From positions 1 to 46,082 of the forward strand of contig DASSJE010000504.1 in the NCBI GenBank assembly GCA_035691365.1: a stretch of DNA of 46,082 bases, given 5' to 3'. The notes below the pieces were generated by a model, which was not told where the DNA came from, made no database searches, and worked only from the letters and a program-made list of their open reading frames with translations. Below are positions 27,481-36,661 of this stretch, in pieces. Within the stretch, counting starts at the first letter, position 1; each line of letters opens with the position of its first letter. Source of the DNA: Terriglobia bacterium (GTDB lineage Bacteria; Acidobacteriota; Terriglobia; UBA7540). Position numbers and translations under genes: made by a program.

Positions 27481-29358
27481 ATGGCAGATAGTTTCCACGA
27501 AGAAGAAATTCTCGGCAAAGCGTACGACGCGCGCCTGATGCGGCGATTGCTCACCTATTTGCGCCCTTACAGGCAGGTGGTTTCCCTGGCCCTGATCGCC
27601 ATTTTCTTCTATGGCCTTCTCCAGGCCGTGCCTCCCTATCTGATGAAGGTGGAAATCGACCGCTATCTCGACCCCACAAAGCACCACCAGCTTCCCCAGA
27701 TTCTCGCGCACTTTCTTAGCACGGACTCTTATGTGGGCATCCTCCAGATCGCGCTGGAAATCTTTGTCCCGGCAGTTCTGCTGACGTTTGTTCTGCAATT
27801 TGCCCAGACTTTCGCCATGCAACTGGTTGGCCAGAAGGTGATGTACGATCTGCGCAAGCAGGTGTTTGAGCATCTCCAGCGCCTGCAAATGAGCTATTTT
27901 GATCGCAATCCCGTGGGGAGGCTGGTCACGCGGGTTACCACGGACATTGACGTTCTGAACGACATGTTTGCCTCCGGCGTGGTGGCCGTTTTCGGTGACT
28001 TCTTTACCCTGCTCAGCATTATGGTGGTGATGCTGAAGCTGGACTGGCGGCTTTCGCTGCTCACCTTTGCCGTCCTGCCGCTGATCATTCTGGTCACAGG
28101 CCTTTTCCGCAGGTCGGTGAGGGAGTCGTACCGCTGCATCCGGCTCGCCATCGCTCGCATCAATGCCTATCTCCAGGAGCACATCACGGGCATGTCCGTA
28201 ATGCAGCTTTTCAATCGCGAGGAGAAAAGCTTCGAGGAATTCGAGCAGATTAATGGAGCCTATCTGAAGGCTTACATGGACTCCATCCTGGCCTACGGTC
28301 TTTTTTATCCCACAGTTGAATTTCTGGGCGTGCTGGCCATCGTCATCATTCTGTACAAAGGCGGGGGAATGATCCTGGGCGGCTCACTGACCGTGGGAAC
28401 GGCCATTGCCTTCATTCAGTATTCGCAACGCTTCTTCCGGCCCATTCAGGACCTGAGCGATAAGTACAATATCCTCCAGGCCGCAATGGCCAGTTCAGAG
28501 CGCGTTTTCAGACTGCTGGACACGCCGGTGAAGATTTCCGATTCTGCGCAACCAACCAGGGTTGCAGAGGCCCGCGGCCGTGTGGAGTTTCGCAACGTTG
28601 GGTTTGCTTACCAGGACGATCATCGCGTGCTGGAAAATGTTTCTTTCACCATCGAGCCGGGCGAGACGGTTGCAGTGGTGGGTCATACGGGCGCAGGCAA
28701 GACGACCCTGACCAACCTTCTGCTGCGCTTCTACGACGTCCAGGAGGGAGCCATCTTTTTCGATGGCGTGAACATTCGCGACATCAGCCTGCACGACCTC
28801 CGCAGCAATTTCGGAATCGTGCTGCAGGACCCGTTCCTCTTTTCCGGCACTATTGCCAGCAACGTCCGGCTTGGGACTGAAGGCATTTCCGACCAGCAGG
28901 TCCGTGAGGCAGTCCGGCGTGTTAACATGCTGGACTTTATTGAGGGCCTTCCAGGCGGGTTTGATGCGCCTGTCAAAGAGCGCGGAGCCACGCTCTCGTC
29001 GGGACAGAAGCAACTTCTCTCTTTCGCCCGGGCGCTAGCTCACGACCCCAAAATCCTGATTCTGGACGAGGCCACATCGAGTGTGGACCCGGAAACAGAG
29101 CACATGATTCGCGAGGGTCTCCGGCGGCTGCTTGAAAATCGAACTTCTCTGGTGATCGCTCACCGCCTCTCGACCATCCAGAACGCATCCAAGATCATCG
29201 TGATGCACAAAGGGCGCGTTCGCGAGGTAGGCACACATCAGGAATTGCTGCGGTTGCAGGGAATCTATTTCAAGCTTTATCAGCTTCAATACAAGGACCA
29301 GGAGCTCCTGACCTCCGCTGGGTCGGCCAAAGGACCATGCCCGGAAATTCTTTCTTAA
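27481..29358 (+). CDS. ABC exporter, fused TMD-NBD half-transporter (chain 2; consensus Walker B, deviant signature LSSGQ)
   Basis: Walker A GHTGAGKTT, signature LSSGQKQL, Walker B ILILDEATSSVD and H-loop IAHR. Confidence 0.92.
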   Translation: MADSFHEEEILGKAYDARLMRRLLTYLRPYRQVVSLALIAIFFYGLLQAVPPYLMKVEIDRYLDPTKHHQLPQILAHFLSTDSYVGILQIALEIFVPAVLLTFVLQFAQTFAMQLVGQKVMYDLRKQVFEHLQRLQMSYFDRNPVGRLVTRVTTDIDVLNDMFASGVVAVFGDFFTLLSIMVVMLKLDWRLSLLTFAVLPLIILVTGLFRRSVRESYRCIRLAIARINAYLQEHITGMSVMQLFNREEKSFEEFEQINGAYLKAYMDSILAYGLFYPTVEFLGVLAIVIILYKGGGMILGGSLTVGTAIAFIQYSQRFFRPIQDLSDKYNILQAAMASSERVFRLLDTPVKISDSAQPTRVAEARGRVEFRNVGFAYQDDHRVLENVSFTIEPGETVAVVGHTGAGKTTLTNLLLRFYDVQEGAIFFDGVNIRDISLHDLRSNFGIVLQDPFLFSGTIASNVRLGTEGISDQQVREAVRRVNMLDFIEGLPGGFDAPVKERGATLSSGQKQLLSFARALAHDPKILILDEATSSVDPETEHMIREGLRRLLENRTSLVIAHRLSTIQNASKIIVMHKGRVREVGTHQELLRLQGIYFKLYQLQYKDQELLTSAGSAKGPCPEILS

Positions 29359-30503
29359 TGGTTGCCGGAGAACGCTCCGGCGACGTGTATGGAGCTGCAC
29401 TGGCTGAGGCGCTGAAAGCCAGAATAGCCGATGCAGAGATTTTTGGCTGCGGCGGCGAAGCCATGCGCGCTGCCGGCGTCGACACCCTTGTCGATATCGA
29501 CAAAGTGGCGCTGATTGGAATCTCTGAAGTGCTATCCGGCCTCCCCAAGGCCTATCGCGCCCTGCAGGCCCTTGTGGCTGAAGCTGCCCGCCGAAAGCCC
29601 GCGGCCGCAATCCTGATTGATTCCCCCTCCCTGAATCTGCGCCTGGCGAAGCGGCTGAAGCAACATAACATTCCCGTCATTTACTTTGTTAGCCCGCAGA
29701 TTTGGGCCTGGAAAAAATGGAGGATCAGGAAGATCAAAGCCTGCGTCGACCGAATGCTCTGCCTCTTCGACTTTGAGACTGACATCTACGAGAGGGCCGG
29801 CGTGCCTGTGGAATGCGTCGGGCATCCTCTGGTTGACCTGGTCGGCCCCCGTATGAGCCGCGAGGAATTTTTCGTCAGGGCAGGCCTCGACCCAGGCATT
29901 CCGGTGGTCGCTCTGCTGCCCGGAAGCCGGAAAACGGAAGTAACCTTTAACCTGCCGACCATGCTCGATGCAGCGATGCGATTAGCGCAATCCCGGCAGG
30001 TCCAATTCATCGTCGCATCCGCACCCACCATTGATCCCGCGTGGCTGGAATCTCTTGTAACGCGCGGCTACACCAGCAAGGCGCCTCTCCGCACGCTCAG
30101 CAATTCAACGCATGAGGCCCTGCACCACGCTGACGCTGCAGTGGTAGCCAGCGGCACCGCTACGATCGAGGCCGCTTTGCGGGATTGCCCCATGGTGGTC
30201 GTCTACCGGGTGTCCGCTTTCACCGCCTTGTGCGCCAGGTTCATGATCGATGTTCCTTTCTACAGCATGGTGAACCTGCTGGCCGGCCGTGCCGTGGTTC
30301 CGGAACTGATCCAGAGCGACTTCACCCCCGCGCGCGTGGCGGGCGGCATCGAGCGGTTACTGGATGACGGCGAGGCGCGGCGGAGAATGATCGAGGACCT
30401 TCAAAAGGTGAGGAACCGTCTGGGCGAAGGGGGTGCAATCGGCCGGGCAGCGGACGCCATCATCCGCCATCTTGAGGGGGCCAAGGCATCCTTGCATGCC
30501 TGA
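29358..30503 (+). CDS. lpxB: Lipid-A-disaccharide synthase
   Basis: MVAGERSGDVYGAALAEALK..., GCGGEAMRAAG and FVSPQIWAWKKWR are LpxB signatures. The ATG at 29358 overlaps the ABC stop as TAATG. The ORF-track start at 29337 is also possible. Confidence 0.9.
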   Translation: MVAGERSGDVYGAALAEALKARIADAEIFGCGGEAMRAAGVDTLVDIDKVALIGISEVLSGLPKAYRALQALVAEAARRKPAAAILIDSPSLNLRLAKRLKQHNIPVIYFVSPQIWAWKKWRIRKIKACVDRMLCLFDFETDIYERAGVPVECVGHPLVDLVGPRMSREEFFVRAGLDPGIPVVALLPGSRKTEVTFNLPTMLDAAMRLAQSRQVQFIVASAPTIDPAWLESLVTRGYTSKAPLRTLSNSTHEALHHADAAVVASGTATIEAALRDCPMVVVYRVSAFTALCARFMIDVPFYSMVNLLAGRAVVPELIQSDFTPARVAGGIERLLDDGEARRRMIEDLQKVRNRLGEGGAIGRAADAIIRHLEGAKASLHA

Positions 30504-30644
30504 TGATGCATCCTTTCCATAGGGCACGTTGGCCTGTGGGGCCATTTTCAGTGTAGTTTTTTTATGATTACTCGTTCCGCCGCCCTGCCGGGAATTGTAT
30601 TATCAATATTGTTGACCTTTTCTGTTGAAAGGCCCAATCCATTT

Positions 30645-32672
30645 ATGAAGCATGCCTTAAGGTTTCGTAAATTCAGGAATGCTCTGGGGCGCCGTGTGGG
30701 AGGCTCAGGATATACCAAAACGGCCGTGGTGCTGGCGATGGCGCTGTTTGTCGCTCTCTCAGGCGCGCGGGCCGCGGACACTTCTCAGTTCGTGGTCAAG
30801 AAGTACGACATCAAGGTTCAATTGTTCCCCACCACTCACATCCTCGACGCCACCGCCCGGATTGACTTTGTACCCCAGGCCAGCACCAGTCAGCTCAGCT
30901 TTGAACTCAACAGCGCCTTGCGTGTCCAGAAGGTGGTGGACTCGACGGGTTCGGACGTCCCTTTCCAGCAAGATGGGCTGACCCTGAAAATCACATTTCC
31001 CAGCCCTATCACCGAAGGCCAGGCTTCGTCCCTCACCGTCAGTTATAAAGGTGGGCTTGGAACGGCTGATGGGAGCCCTGTCGAGGGGCTGAAGCTTTCC
31101 TATGTGGGCCCGGAAGGATCCTATTTGCTCTACCCAGGCCGCTGGTTTCCGGTGGCCAAATCAGGCCTAAATCGCTTTGCAGCCAGCCTGCACGTCACCG
31201 TGCCCACGGGTGAGACCGTGCTTGCCTCGGGGGCGCCTTCGCAGCCCGTGGAGCAGGGCGGCAACACGACCTACTCATTCCAATTCGACCAGTCGTCCTT
31301 TCCTGGCACGTTTTACGCAGGCACCTACTCGGTCCAACACGAGACGGCTTTTGGCGCTAATGTTTATCTCTACCTGAAACCTGGCCACGAGAATTTTGCG
31401 GCGGACTACGGAGCGACGGCGGCAAAAATCATGAGTTTCTTTTCCAGCAAATTCGGGTCGCTGCCGAACGGCAATCTGGCCGTGGTTGAGATCGCCAATG
31501 ATACTGTGGGCGGTTATTCCTCTCCCGGCATCATCGCTCTGGCCACCCGCGGATTTGCTTCGCCCGTGAACGAACAACTGCTGGCGCATGAGATCTCGCG
31601 CCAATGGTGGGGATGTTACGTCAGCCCTGCAACTCCCGATGATGCCTTCCTCGATGATGGCCTTTCGCTTTATTCTTCCGCGCTCTATATCGAGCAGTCA
31701 CAAGGCGAGGCCGCTTTTGAAAACCTGATGCACTCAACCGCCATTGGGGCCCTCACCCACGAAGAGACCGCCCCCATCAGCCAGGCCGGGTCGCTCCAAC
31801 CTTATACTCCCCAGTACCAGTCGATTGTGGCCCAAAAAGGCGCCATGGTTTTCCATATGCTGCGTTGGGTCATCGGTGACGAAGCGTTTACGAAAGCTTT
31901 GCAGGGACTGGTCAGGCAGTATGCCTGGAAATCCGCTACCACTCAGGACTTTGAGAAAGCCGCGGAGCAGGTCAGCAATCAGAAGCTGACCTACTTTTTT
32001 GCCCAGTGGGTCAGTTCCACCGGCGTTCCCCAGTTCAAGGATTCCTGGGCCATTTATCGCGTGGCAAATCATTACCAGGTGGTTGGCAAAATTCAGCAGG
32101 ACCTGGATATCTTCCGAATGCCTGTGGAGGTGCGTGTCAATTCCGAGGGGCGCCGGCCCGTTGATGATCGCATCGAGATGGTGGGAACCACTTCAGACTT
32201 CACGGTCAACACGGTCACCAGGCCAACCCATGTGGAAATCGACCCCGGCAGCCACATCCTTAAAATGACGGACAAGATTCGCACCGAAGTTGAAGTCGCC
32301 CGCGGTGACCAGCTTGTTGCTGAACAGGCCTACCTGGAAGCAGTAAAGCAGTATCAGAAGGTGGTCGAGCAGAACAAGAACGATTCACTGGCCCACTTCC
32401 GTCTTGGTGAGATCTATTTCCGGCTGCACAATTACAATGCGGCTGCGGAGGAAATGCGTGCCGCTTTGGACGGAAACCTTCAACCCAAATGGGTTGAGGT
32501 TTGGGCCCATCTCACCCTGGGCAAAATTTTCGACGCCACCGGCCAACGCGACCGCGCTATTAACGAATACCAGCGGGCGTTGCAAACCAAGGACGATACA
32601 CAGGGAGCCATTGAACAGGCCAAGGAATATATCCAGAAGCCTTACTCGGACGAGAACCGTGCCATCGGGTAG
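30645..32672 (+). CDS. Secreted M1 aminopeptidase-N-like protein with degenerate active site and C-terminal TPR repeats
   Basis: The ATG at 30645 yields the signal peptide TAVVLAMALFVALSGARAAD. The M1 fold is recognisable, but HEXXH reads HEISR, the third ligand Glu is Asp (LDDG) and GAMEN reads GGYSS. The TPR block is LAHFRLGEIYFRLHNYNAAAEEM... Confidence 0.8.
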   Translation: MKHALRFRKFRNALGRRVGGSGYTKTAVVLAMALFVALSGARAADTSQFVVKKYDIKVQLFPTTHILDATARIDFVPQASTSQLSFELNSALRVQKVVDSTGSDVPFQQDGLTLKITFPSPITEGQASSLTVSYKGGLGTADGSPVEGLKLSYVGPEGSYLLYPGRWFPVAKSGLNRFAASLHVTVPTGETVLASGAPSQPVEQGGNTTYSFQFDQSSFPGTFYAGTYSVQHETAFGANVYLYLKPGHENFAADYGATAAKIMSFFSSKFGSLPNGNLAVVEIANDTVGGYSSPGIIALATRGFASPVNEQLLAHEISRQWWGCYVSPATPDDAFLDDGLSLYSSALYIEQSQGEAAFENLMHSTAIGALTHEETAPISQAGSLQPYTPQYQSIVAQKGAMVFHMLRWVIGDEAFTKALQGLVRQYAWKSATTQDFEKAAEQVSNQKLTYFFAQWVSSTGVPQFKDSWAIYRVANHYQVVGKIQQDLDIFRMPVEVRVNSEGRRPVDDRIEMVGTTSDFTVNTVTRPTHVEIDPGSHILKMTDKIRTEVEVARGDQLVAEQAYLEAVKQYQKVVEQNKNDSLAHFRLGEIYFRLHNYNAAAEEMRAALDGNLQPKWVEVWAHLTLGKIFDATGQRDRAINEYQRALQTKDDTQGAIEQAKEYIQKPYSDENRAIG

Positions 32673-32723
32673 AAGGCCCGAACATCATGACAGCCGAAGA
32701 CTTTCGAGGCTTCGGACGTTGCG

Positions 32724-33260
32724 TCAGGCTGATTCATTTGCAGCAGGGCGGGCTGTGAGCTTCCTGTAGGATTCTTCAAACGTCTTGAGCGCCGCGTCAT
32801 CGTAGAGCACAAATGCAATCTTTTCCAGGCTGCTGCGGGACTTGAGGTGCTCAAGCACTTCGCTGACCATCACGTTCGCGCATTCTTCCATCGGTAAACC
32901 GGCAACGCCCGTTCCGATAGCCGGGAAAGCAATCGTCTTGAAACCCTTTTCTTCTGCGCGGAGCAGGCTGTTCCGCGTGGCGTTCTGCAGGGACTCCGAA
33001 GTTGTCTTTCCACCCAGTCGCATGCTGGCCGCATGGATCACGTAATAAGCCTTCAGATTGCCCGCCGTGGTCACCGCAGCTTCGCCCAGGCGGATGCGGC
33101 CGATGCGTTCGCACTCCTCCTGAATTCGCGGGCCGCCTTTGCTCCGGATGGCGCCTGCAACTCCCGAGCCCAGGACCAGATCGTTGTTGGCCGCGTTCAC
33201 AATCGCGTCAACTTCAAGCTCAGTAATGTCACCTTTCAGGAAGTCAATTCGGGCTGTCAT
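32724..33260 (-). CDS. Macro domain protein (ADP-ribose / O-acetyl-ADP-ribose hydrolase family)
   Basis: [37 protein letters not shown] and [14 protein letters not shown] are present. Confidence 0.9.
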   Translation of the reverse strand: MTARIDFLKGDITELEVDAIVNAANNDLVLGSGVAGAIRSKGGPRIQEECERIGRIRLGEAAVTTAGNLKAYYVIHAASMRLGGKTTSESLQNATRNSLLRAEEKGFKTIAFPAIGTGVAGLPMEECANVMVSEVLEHLKSRSSLEKIAFVLYDDAALKTFEESYRKLTARPAANESA

Positions 33261-33361
33261 GTTTCCTCAGCAAGATCGAGTTTTTGTTACTGAAAGGATA
33301 GCTGAGATGGCGGCAGGTGGCCAGAGGTTCGCACCGCTTGCGATCGGACGCGGGCGGTCCT

Positions 33362-33865
33362 CTATCCCAGCCAGCGTTTTAGCCGGCAAAAATAGCGGAG
33401 CTTTTCCGAGCGCGAAAGGCTGCCGTTGCGTCCGCTGGTAGAGGGCAGGACATAGATCCGCGAATTACCCAATCGGCAGTTCTGCGCTCCAAGTCCCGCC
33501 TTGCGGCCCTGGAATTTCTCAAATCCTATCTTCCCGTTGAACGCGATTGCTTCCGGTGATGCCTCCAGGAGTTTCGCCTTCAGGACAGGAATGCCCTGCT
33601 GAAAGTCTCCCTTACTCAAATCGCTGCTGGAATTTGACCATCGCTTGACGATATCGGTGAGCCCGAACCCGAACTCGAGAATGCGGTGGTCGTCCTCCGG
33701 CCTCAGCAGGACCGGCGTCAATGCTGACTCGTACAGGAAGTTCCAGAACTGGTTGCCGCGGCCGGCATAATAGTGCCCGACCCTGGCGGACCGCTCGCCG
33801 GGATTAAACCCCACAAACACGAGCCTCAGCCCGGGACGCAAATAGTCTGGCAGGTCGGGATACAC
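33362..33865 (-). CDS. mug: G/U mismatch-specific uracil-DNA glycosylase (family 2 UDG, Mug/TDG)
   Basis: LRLVFVGFNPGERSA...GHYYAGRGNQFW and VLPSTSGRN are typical Mug motifs. Confidence 0.85.
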   Translation of the reverse strand: MYPDLPDYLRPGLRLVFVGFNPGERSARVGHYYAGRGNQFWNFLYESALTPVLLRPEDDHRILEFGFGLTDIVKRWSNSSSDLSKGDFQQGIPVLKAKLLEASPEAIAFNGKIGFEKFQGRKAGLGAQNCRLGNSRIYVLPSTSGRNGSLSRSEKLRYFCRLKRWLG

Positions 33866-33910
33866 TTTGTTTCCTTGTCACAATGGATTCAGGGAAATCC
33901 GGCATTGAAG

Positions 33911-34633
33911 CTAAATTGATGCGGATTTCTTCGCCGCGCATTCCCGGCAACGCGCCACGAAATCCTGAAAAATTCTCAACTGTTCAGGATGGTCGCTGAA
34001 CATCTCCTCGGGATGCCACTGCACAGCCAGGAAGAAAGGGTAGTCCTCCGCTAGCTCAACTGCTTCAACCAGGCCGTCCTCGGAATGCGCCGTAACCTTC
34101 AGGCCCCTGCCCAGGCGTTTGATCGCCTGATGGTGGAGGCTGTTCACAGGGCAACTGCCCGTGACAAACTTGTGCAGGACGGATTCCGGATCGGTCACGG
34201 TTATGGAATGCGTGGCGGCGCCGCGGCTTCCCTGCTGCTTGTGGTCGCGTTCCACGGCCGTATCACCTTTTAGGTCCTGGTAAAGTGTTCCTCCGAATCG
34301 GATGTTGATGGTTTGAATTCCGCGGCAGATGCCGAGAATCGGAACTCCGTCCTGAAGTCCCCGGTCGATCAGGACCACTTCAAAATCGTCACGCGGGCGG
34401 TTGGTTTTAACATTGTCGTACCTTTTCCGCTCGCCATAAAGCTCCGGGTCAACGTCTTCCCCGCCCGCCAGGAGGATTCCGTCAAAGTTGCCCTGTGAGA
34501 GCTGCCCGTTCCCGGGAGACACGATCATATCGATTTCTTCGGGTCTCGCCCCCGCGGCCACCAAAGCTTTGAAATAGGATGACTCCCGCCCCTTCATTTT
34601 TTCCTTTTCCGAAACCGAAAGCGCAATTTTCAT
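33911..34633 (-). CDS. Class I glutamine amidotransferase, peptidase C26 / gamma-glutamyl-GABA hydrolase-like
   Basis: ILGICRGIQTINIRFGGTL carries the nucleophile Cys, and AVQWHPE carries the His. The start is placed at the ATG at 34633 (MKIALSV). This frees 34634-34778 as a divergent promoter region. Confidence 0.85.
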   Translation of the reverse strand: MKIALSVSEKEKMKGRESSYFKALVAAGARPEEIDMIVSPGNGQLSQGNFDGILLAGGEDVDPELYGERKRYDNVKTNRPRDDFEVVLIDRGLQDGVPILGICRGIQTINIRFGGTLYQDLKGDTAVERDHKQQGSRGAATHSITVTDPESVLHKFVTGSCPVNSLHHQAIKRLGRGLKVTAHSEDGLVEAVELAEDYPFFLAVQWHPEEMFSDHPEQLRIFQDFVARCRECAAKKSASI

Positions 34634-34704
34634 TACCCTGAAATCCACCCCCTTCGGACGCCTTCGTTCGGCGGTTGTTCCATGGCTGTTGCCACTATTT
34701 TCTC

Positions 34705-34733
34705 TTGACAGGGACGGCCGATTCAAGTAGAAA
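34705..34733 (+). promoter_or_regulatory. Candidate promoter of the arginine operon (TTGACA - 17 nt - TAGAAA)
   Basis: TTGACA at 34705-34710, a 17-nt spacer, and TAGAAA at 34728-34733, about 45 nt upstream of the argC GTG. Confidence 0.45.
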
Positions 34734-34748
34734 CATAATTATGCGTAT

Positions 34749-34766
34749 GCTGCATAAATATTCCTA
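34749..34766 (+). promoter_or_regulatory. ARG-box-like operator (putative ArgR site) overlapping a TTATGC-N7-GCATAA palindrome
   Basis: gcTGCATAAATATTCCta versus the enterobacterial consensus wnTGAATwwwwATTCAnw shows two core mismatches. The site lies just downstream of the predicted -10. The palindrome spans 34739-34757. Confidence 0.4.
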
Positions 34767-34778
34767 TCGGACAGGGCA

Positions 34779-35867
34779 GTGAAGGCGATAACCGAGGCCG
34801 AAACCTTCAGCACTCCAGGCAAGCACGAAGCTTCATCCGAGGTCGTCCGGGTAGCCGTGGCCGGCGCAACGGGCTACGCGGGGCTGGAACTCCTGCGCCT
34901 GCTGGCCCGCCATCCACAGGCCCGGGTGACGCGGCTGATGTCATCAGGCCGGGACGGGAAAAAAGAGTTTCCCATCGAGGATTCGCACCCTTCCCTTCGC
35001 GGGAAATTTATGGTTCTCTGCCAGCCTCTCTCCGTGGAAGCGTTGCCACCCTCGGATGTGGATCTGGTTTTTCTGGCGACGCCTCACCACACTGCTCTTG
35101 AAGCCGTACGCCGGCTCCTCGAGCGCAACCTTCGCGTGGTGGACTTGAGCGCGGCTTTCCGGCTGAAGGATGCTGCTGCCTATCCACGGTGGTACGGTTT
35201 TGAGCACGACGCCCCCGCGGAGCTGGAAGAGGCTGTTTACGGTCTGACAGAACTGAACGGCGAAGCCATCGCCAAGGCTCGCCTGGTGGCTAACCCGGGC
35301 TGCTACGCCACCTCAGTAATTCTCGCCCTGGCGCCCGCGCTGCAAAAGGGCTGGATTGACACGAGGGCAGGCATTATCTCCGACTCCAAGTCAGGTGCCA
35401 GCGGAGCGGGCCGCGCGCTGAGCGAGAAGCTCCACTTTGTGGAAGTAAATGAGAACTGCCGTGCCTACGGACTTTTCAACCATCGTCACGTCCCGGAGAT
35501 GCTTCAGGTTCTGGATCTGGCGGAAAAGGATCTGACCTTCACGCCCCACCTGCTGCCGATTACGCGGGGGATTCTGAGCACCATTTATGTCCGCCTGTCG
35601 AAGCCTCGCACGCATGAGGAAGTCGTCGCACTTTATCGCAACACATACGCCGGGGCGCCTTTTGTCCGCGTGCTGGACTCCGGCGTTCCGGAAATTCAAT
35701 CCGTCGCTCAGACCAATTTTACTGATCTTGGTTTCTCGCTCGACTCTGCCGGCACGCGCATGATCATCGTGTCCGCGCTCGACAACCTGATTAAGGGCGC
35801 GGCGGGGCAGGCTATCCAGAACATGAATCTGATGTATGGCCTGGCCGAGGGAACGGCACTGGCGTGA
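34779..35867 (+). CDS. argC: N-acetyl-gamma-glutamyl-phosphate reductase
   Basis: VAVAGATGYAGLELLRLLARHP is present, together with the catalytic-Cys block LVANPGCYATSVILALAP. GTG start. Confidence 0.93.
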   Translation: MKAITEAETFSTPGKHEASSEVVRVAVAGATGYAGLELLRLLARHPQARVTRLMSSGRDGKKEFPIEDSHPSLRGKFMVLCQPLSVEALPPSDVDLVFLATPHHTALEAVRRLLERNLRVVDLSAAFRLKDAAAYPRWYGFEHDAPAELEEAVYGLTELNGEAIAKARLVANPGCYATSVILALAPALQKGWIDTRAGIISDSKSGASGAGRALSEKLHFVEVNENCRAYGLFNHRHVPEMLQVLDLAEKDLTFTPHLLPITRGILSTIYVRLSKPRTHEEVVALYRNTYAGAPFVRVLDSGVPEIQSVAQTNFTDLGFSLDSAGTRMIIVSALDNLIKGAAGQAIQNMNLMYGLAEGTALA

Positions 35868-36661
35868 AAGTGGTTGTAAAGGTCGGAGGGCAATCGGCGG
35901 ACGAACAGTTCCGGCGGCAGCACCTGGCCCGGCAGATCGCCGGATTGGCCGCGGCCGGCCATCGCGTGGTTGTGGTGCACGGTGGCGGCAAAGCGCTGAC
36001 TCAGACGCTCAAGCGCCTGGGAATTGAGACGGAGTTTCATAACGGCTTGCGCGTGACCGACGCCGAAACGCGCGATGTGGCCCTGATGGTTCTGGCCGGG
36101 ATCGTTAACAAGCAGTGGGTGGCTGAATTGGAAGCACAGCGCCAACCTGCTATAGGCATCTGCGGCGGCGACGGCAAGCTGGTGATAGCCCGCCGGCTGG
36201 TAAGCACGGCAAACGGAGCAAAAAAAGATTTAGGTTATGTCGGCCGTCCGGCAAAAATCAACACTGCGATCCTGAACCTGGCGTTCTCAAAGGGGTTTGT
36301 GCCGGTTGTGGCGAGCCTGGGACTCAGTGCTGCCGGCGAATATCTCAACATCAACGCTGATGACCTTGCGGCGGCACTGGCAACGGCCATCGAAGCCGAC
36401 CGCCTGCTCTACCTCACTGAATCCGGCGGCGTCTGGGACGCAGAGAAGAATGTGCTGCCCCTGGTACGGCTCAGGGACATCCGGAGCCTGATTCACAAAG
36501 GCACCGTGCGTGACGGAATGATTCCCAAGCTGCGATCCTGCGCCCGGACTCTTCAGCACGGCGTCCGCGAAATTGACATTATTTCGCCGGACGAAAAAAA
36601 CTCTTTGATGCGGACCGTCATCAAACGTGAAAGCGTAGGGACAAGGATCGTAAGGTCATGA
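35864..36661 (+). CDS. argB: Acetylglutamate kinase
   Basis: VVKVGG, VVVVHGGG, GLRVTD and NINADDLAAALA are amino-acid-kinase family motifs. A GTGA overlap links it to argC. Confidence 0.92.
   Translation: MKVVVKVGGQSADEQFRRQHLARQIAGLAAAGHRVVVVHGGGKALTQTLKRLGIETEFHNGLRVTDAETRDVALMVLAGIVNKQWVAELEAQRQPAIGICGGDGKLVIARRLVSTANGAKKDLGYVGRPAKINTAILNLAFSKGFVPVVASLGLSAAGEYLNINADDLAAALATAIEADRLLYLTESGGVWDAEKNVLPLVRLRDIRSLIHKGTVRDGMIPKLRSCARTLQHGVREIDIISPDEKNSLMRTVIKRESVGTRIVRS

Noticed and set aside
30564-30644. N-terminal 27-codon extension of the M1-like ORF
   Set aside because: The internal ATG at 30645 gives a basic n-region plus hydrophobic core plus ARA-AD cleavage-like site. The extension adds a second hydrophobic stretch without an SD.
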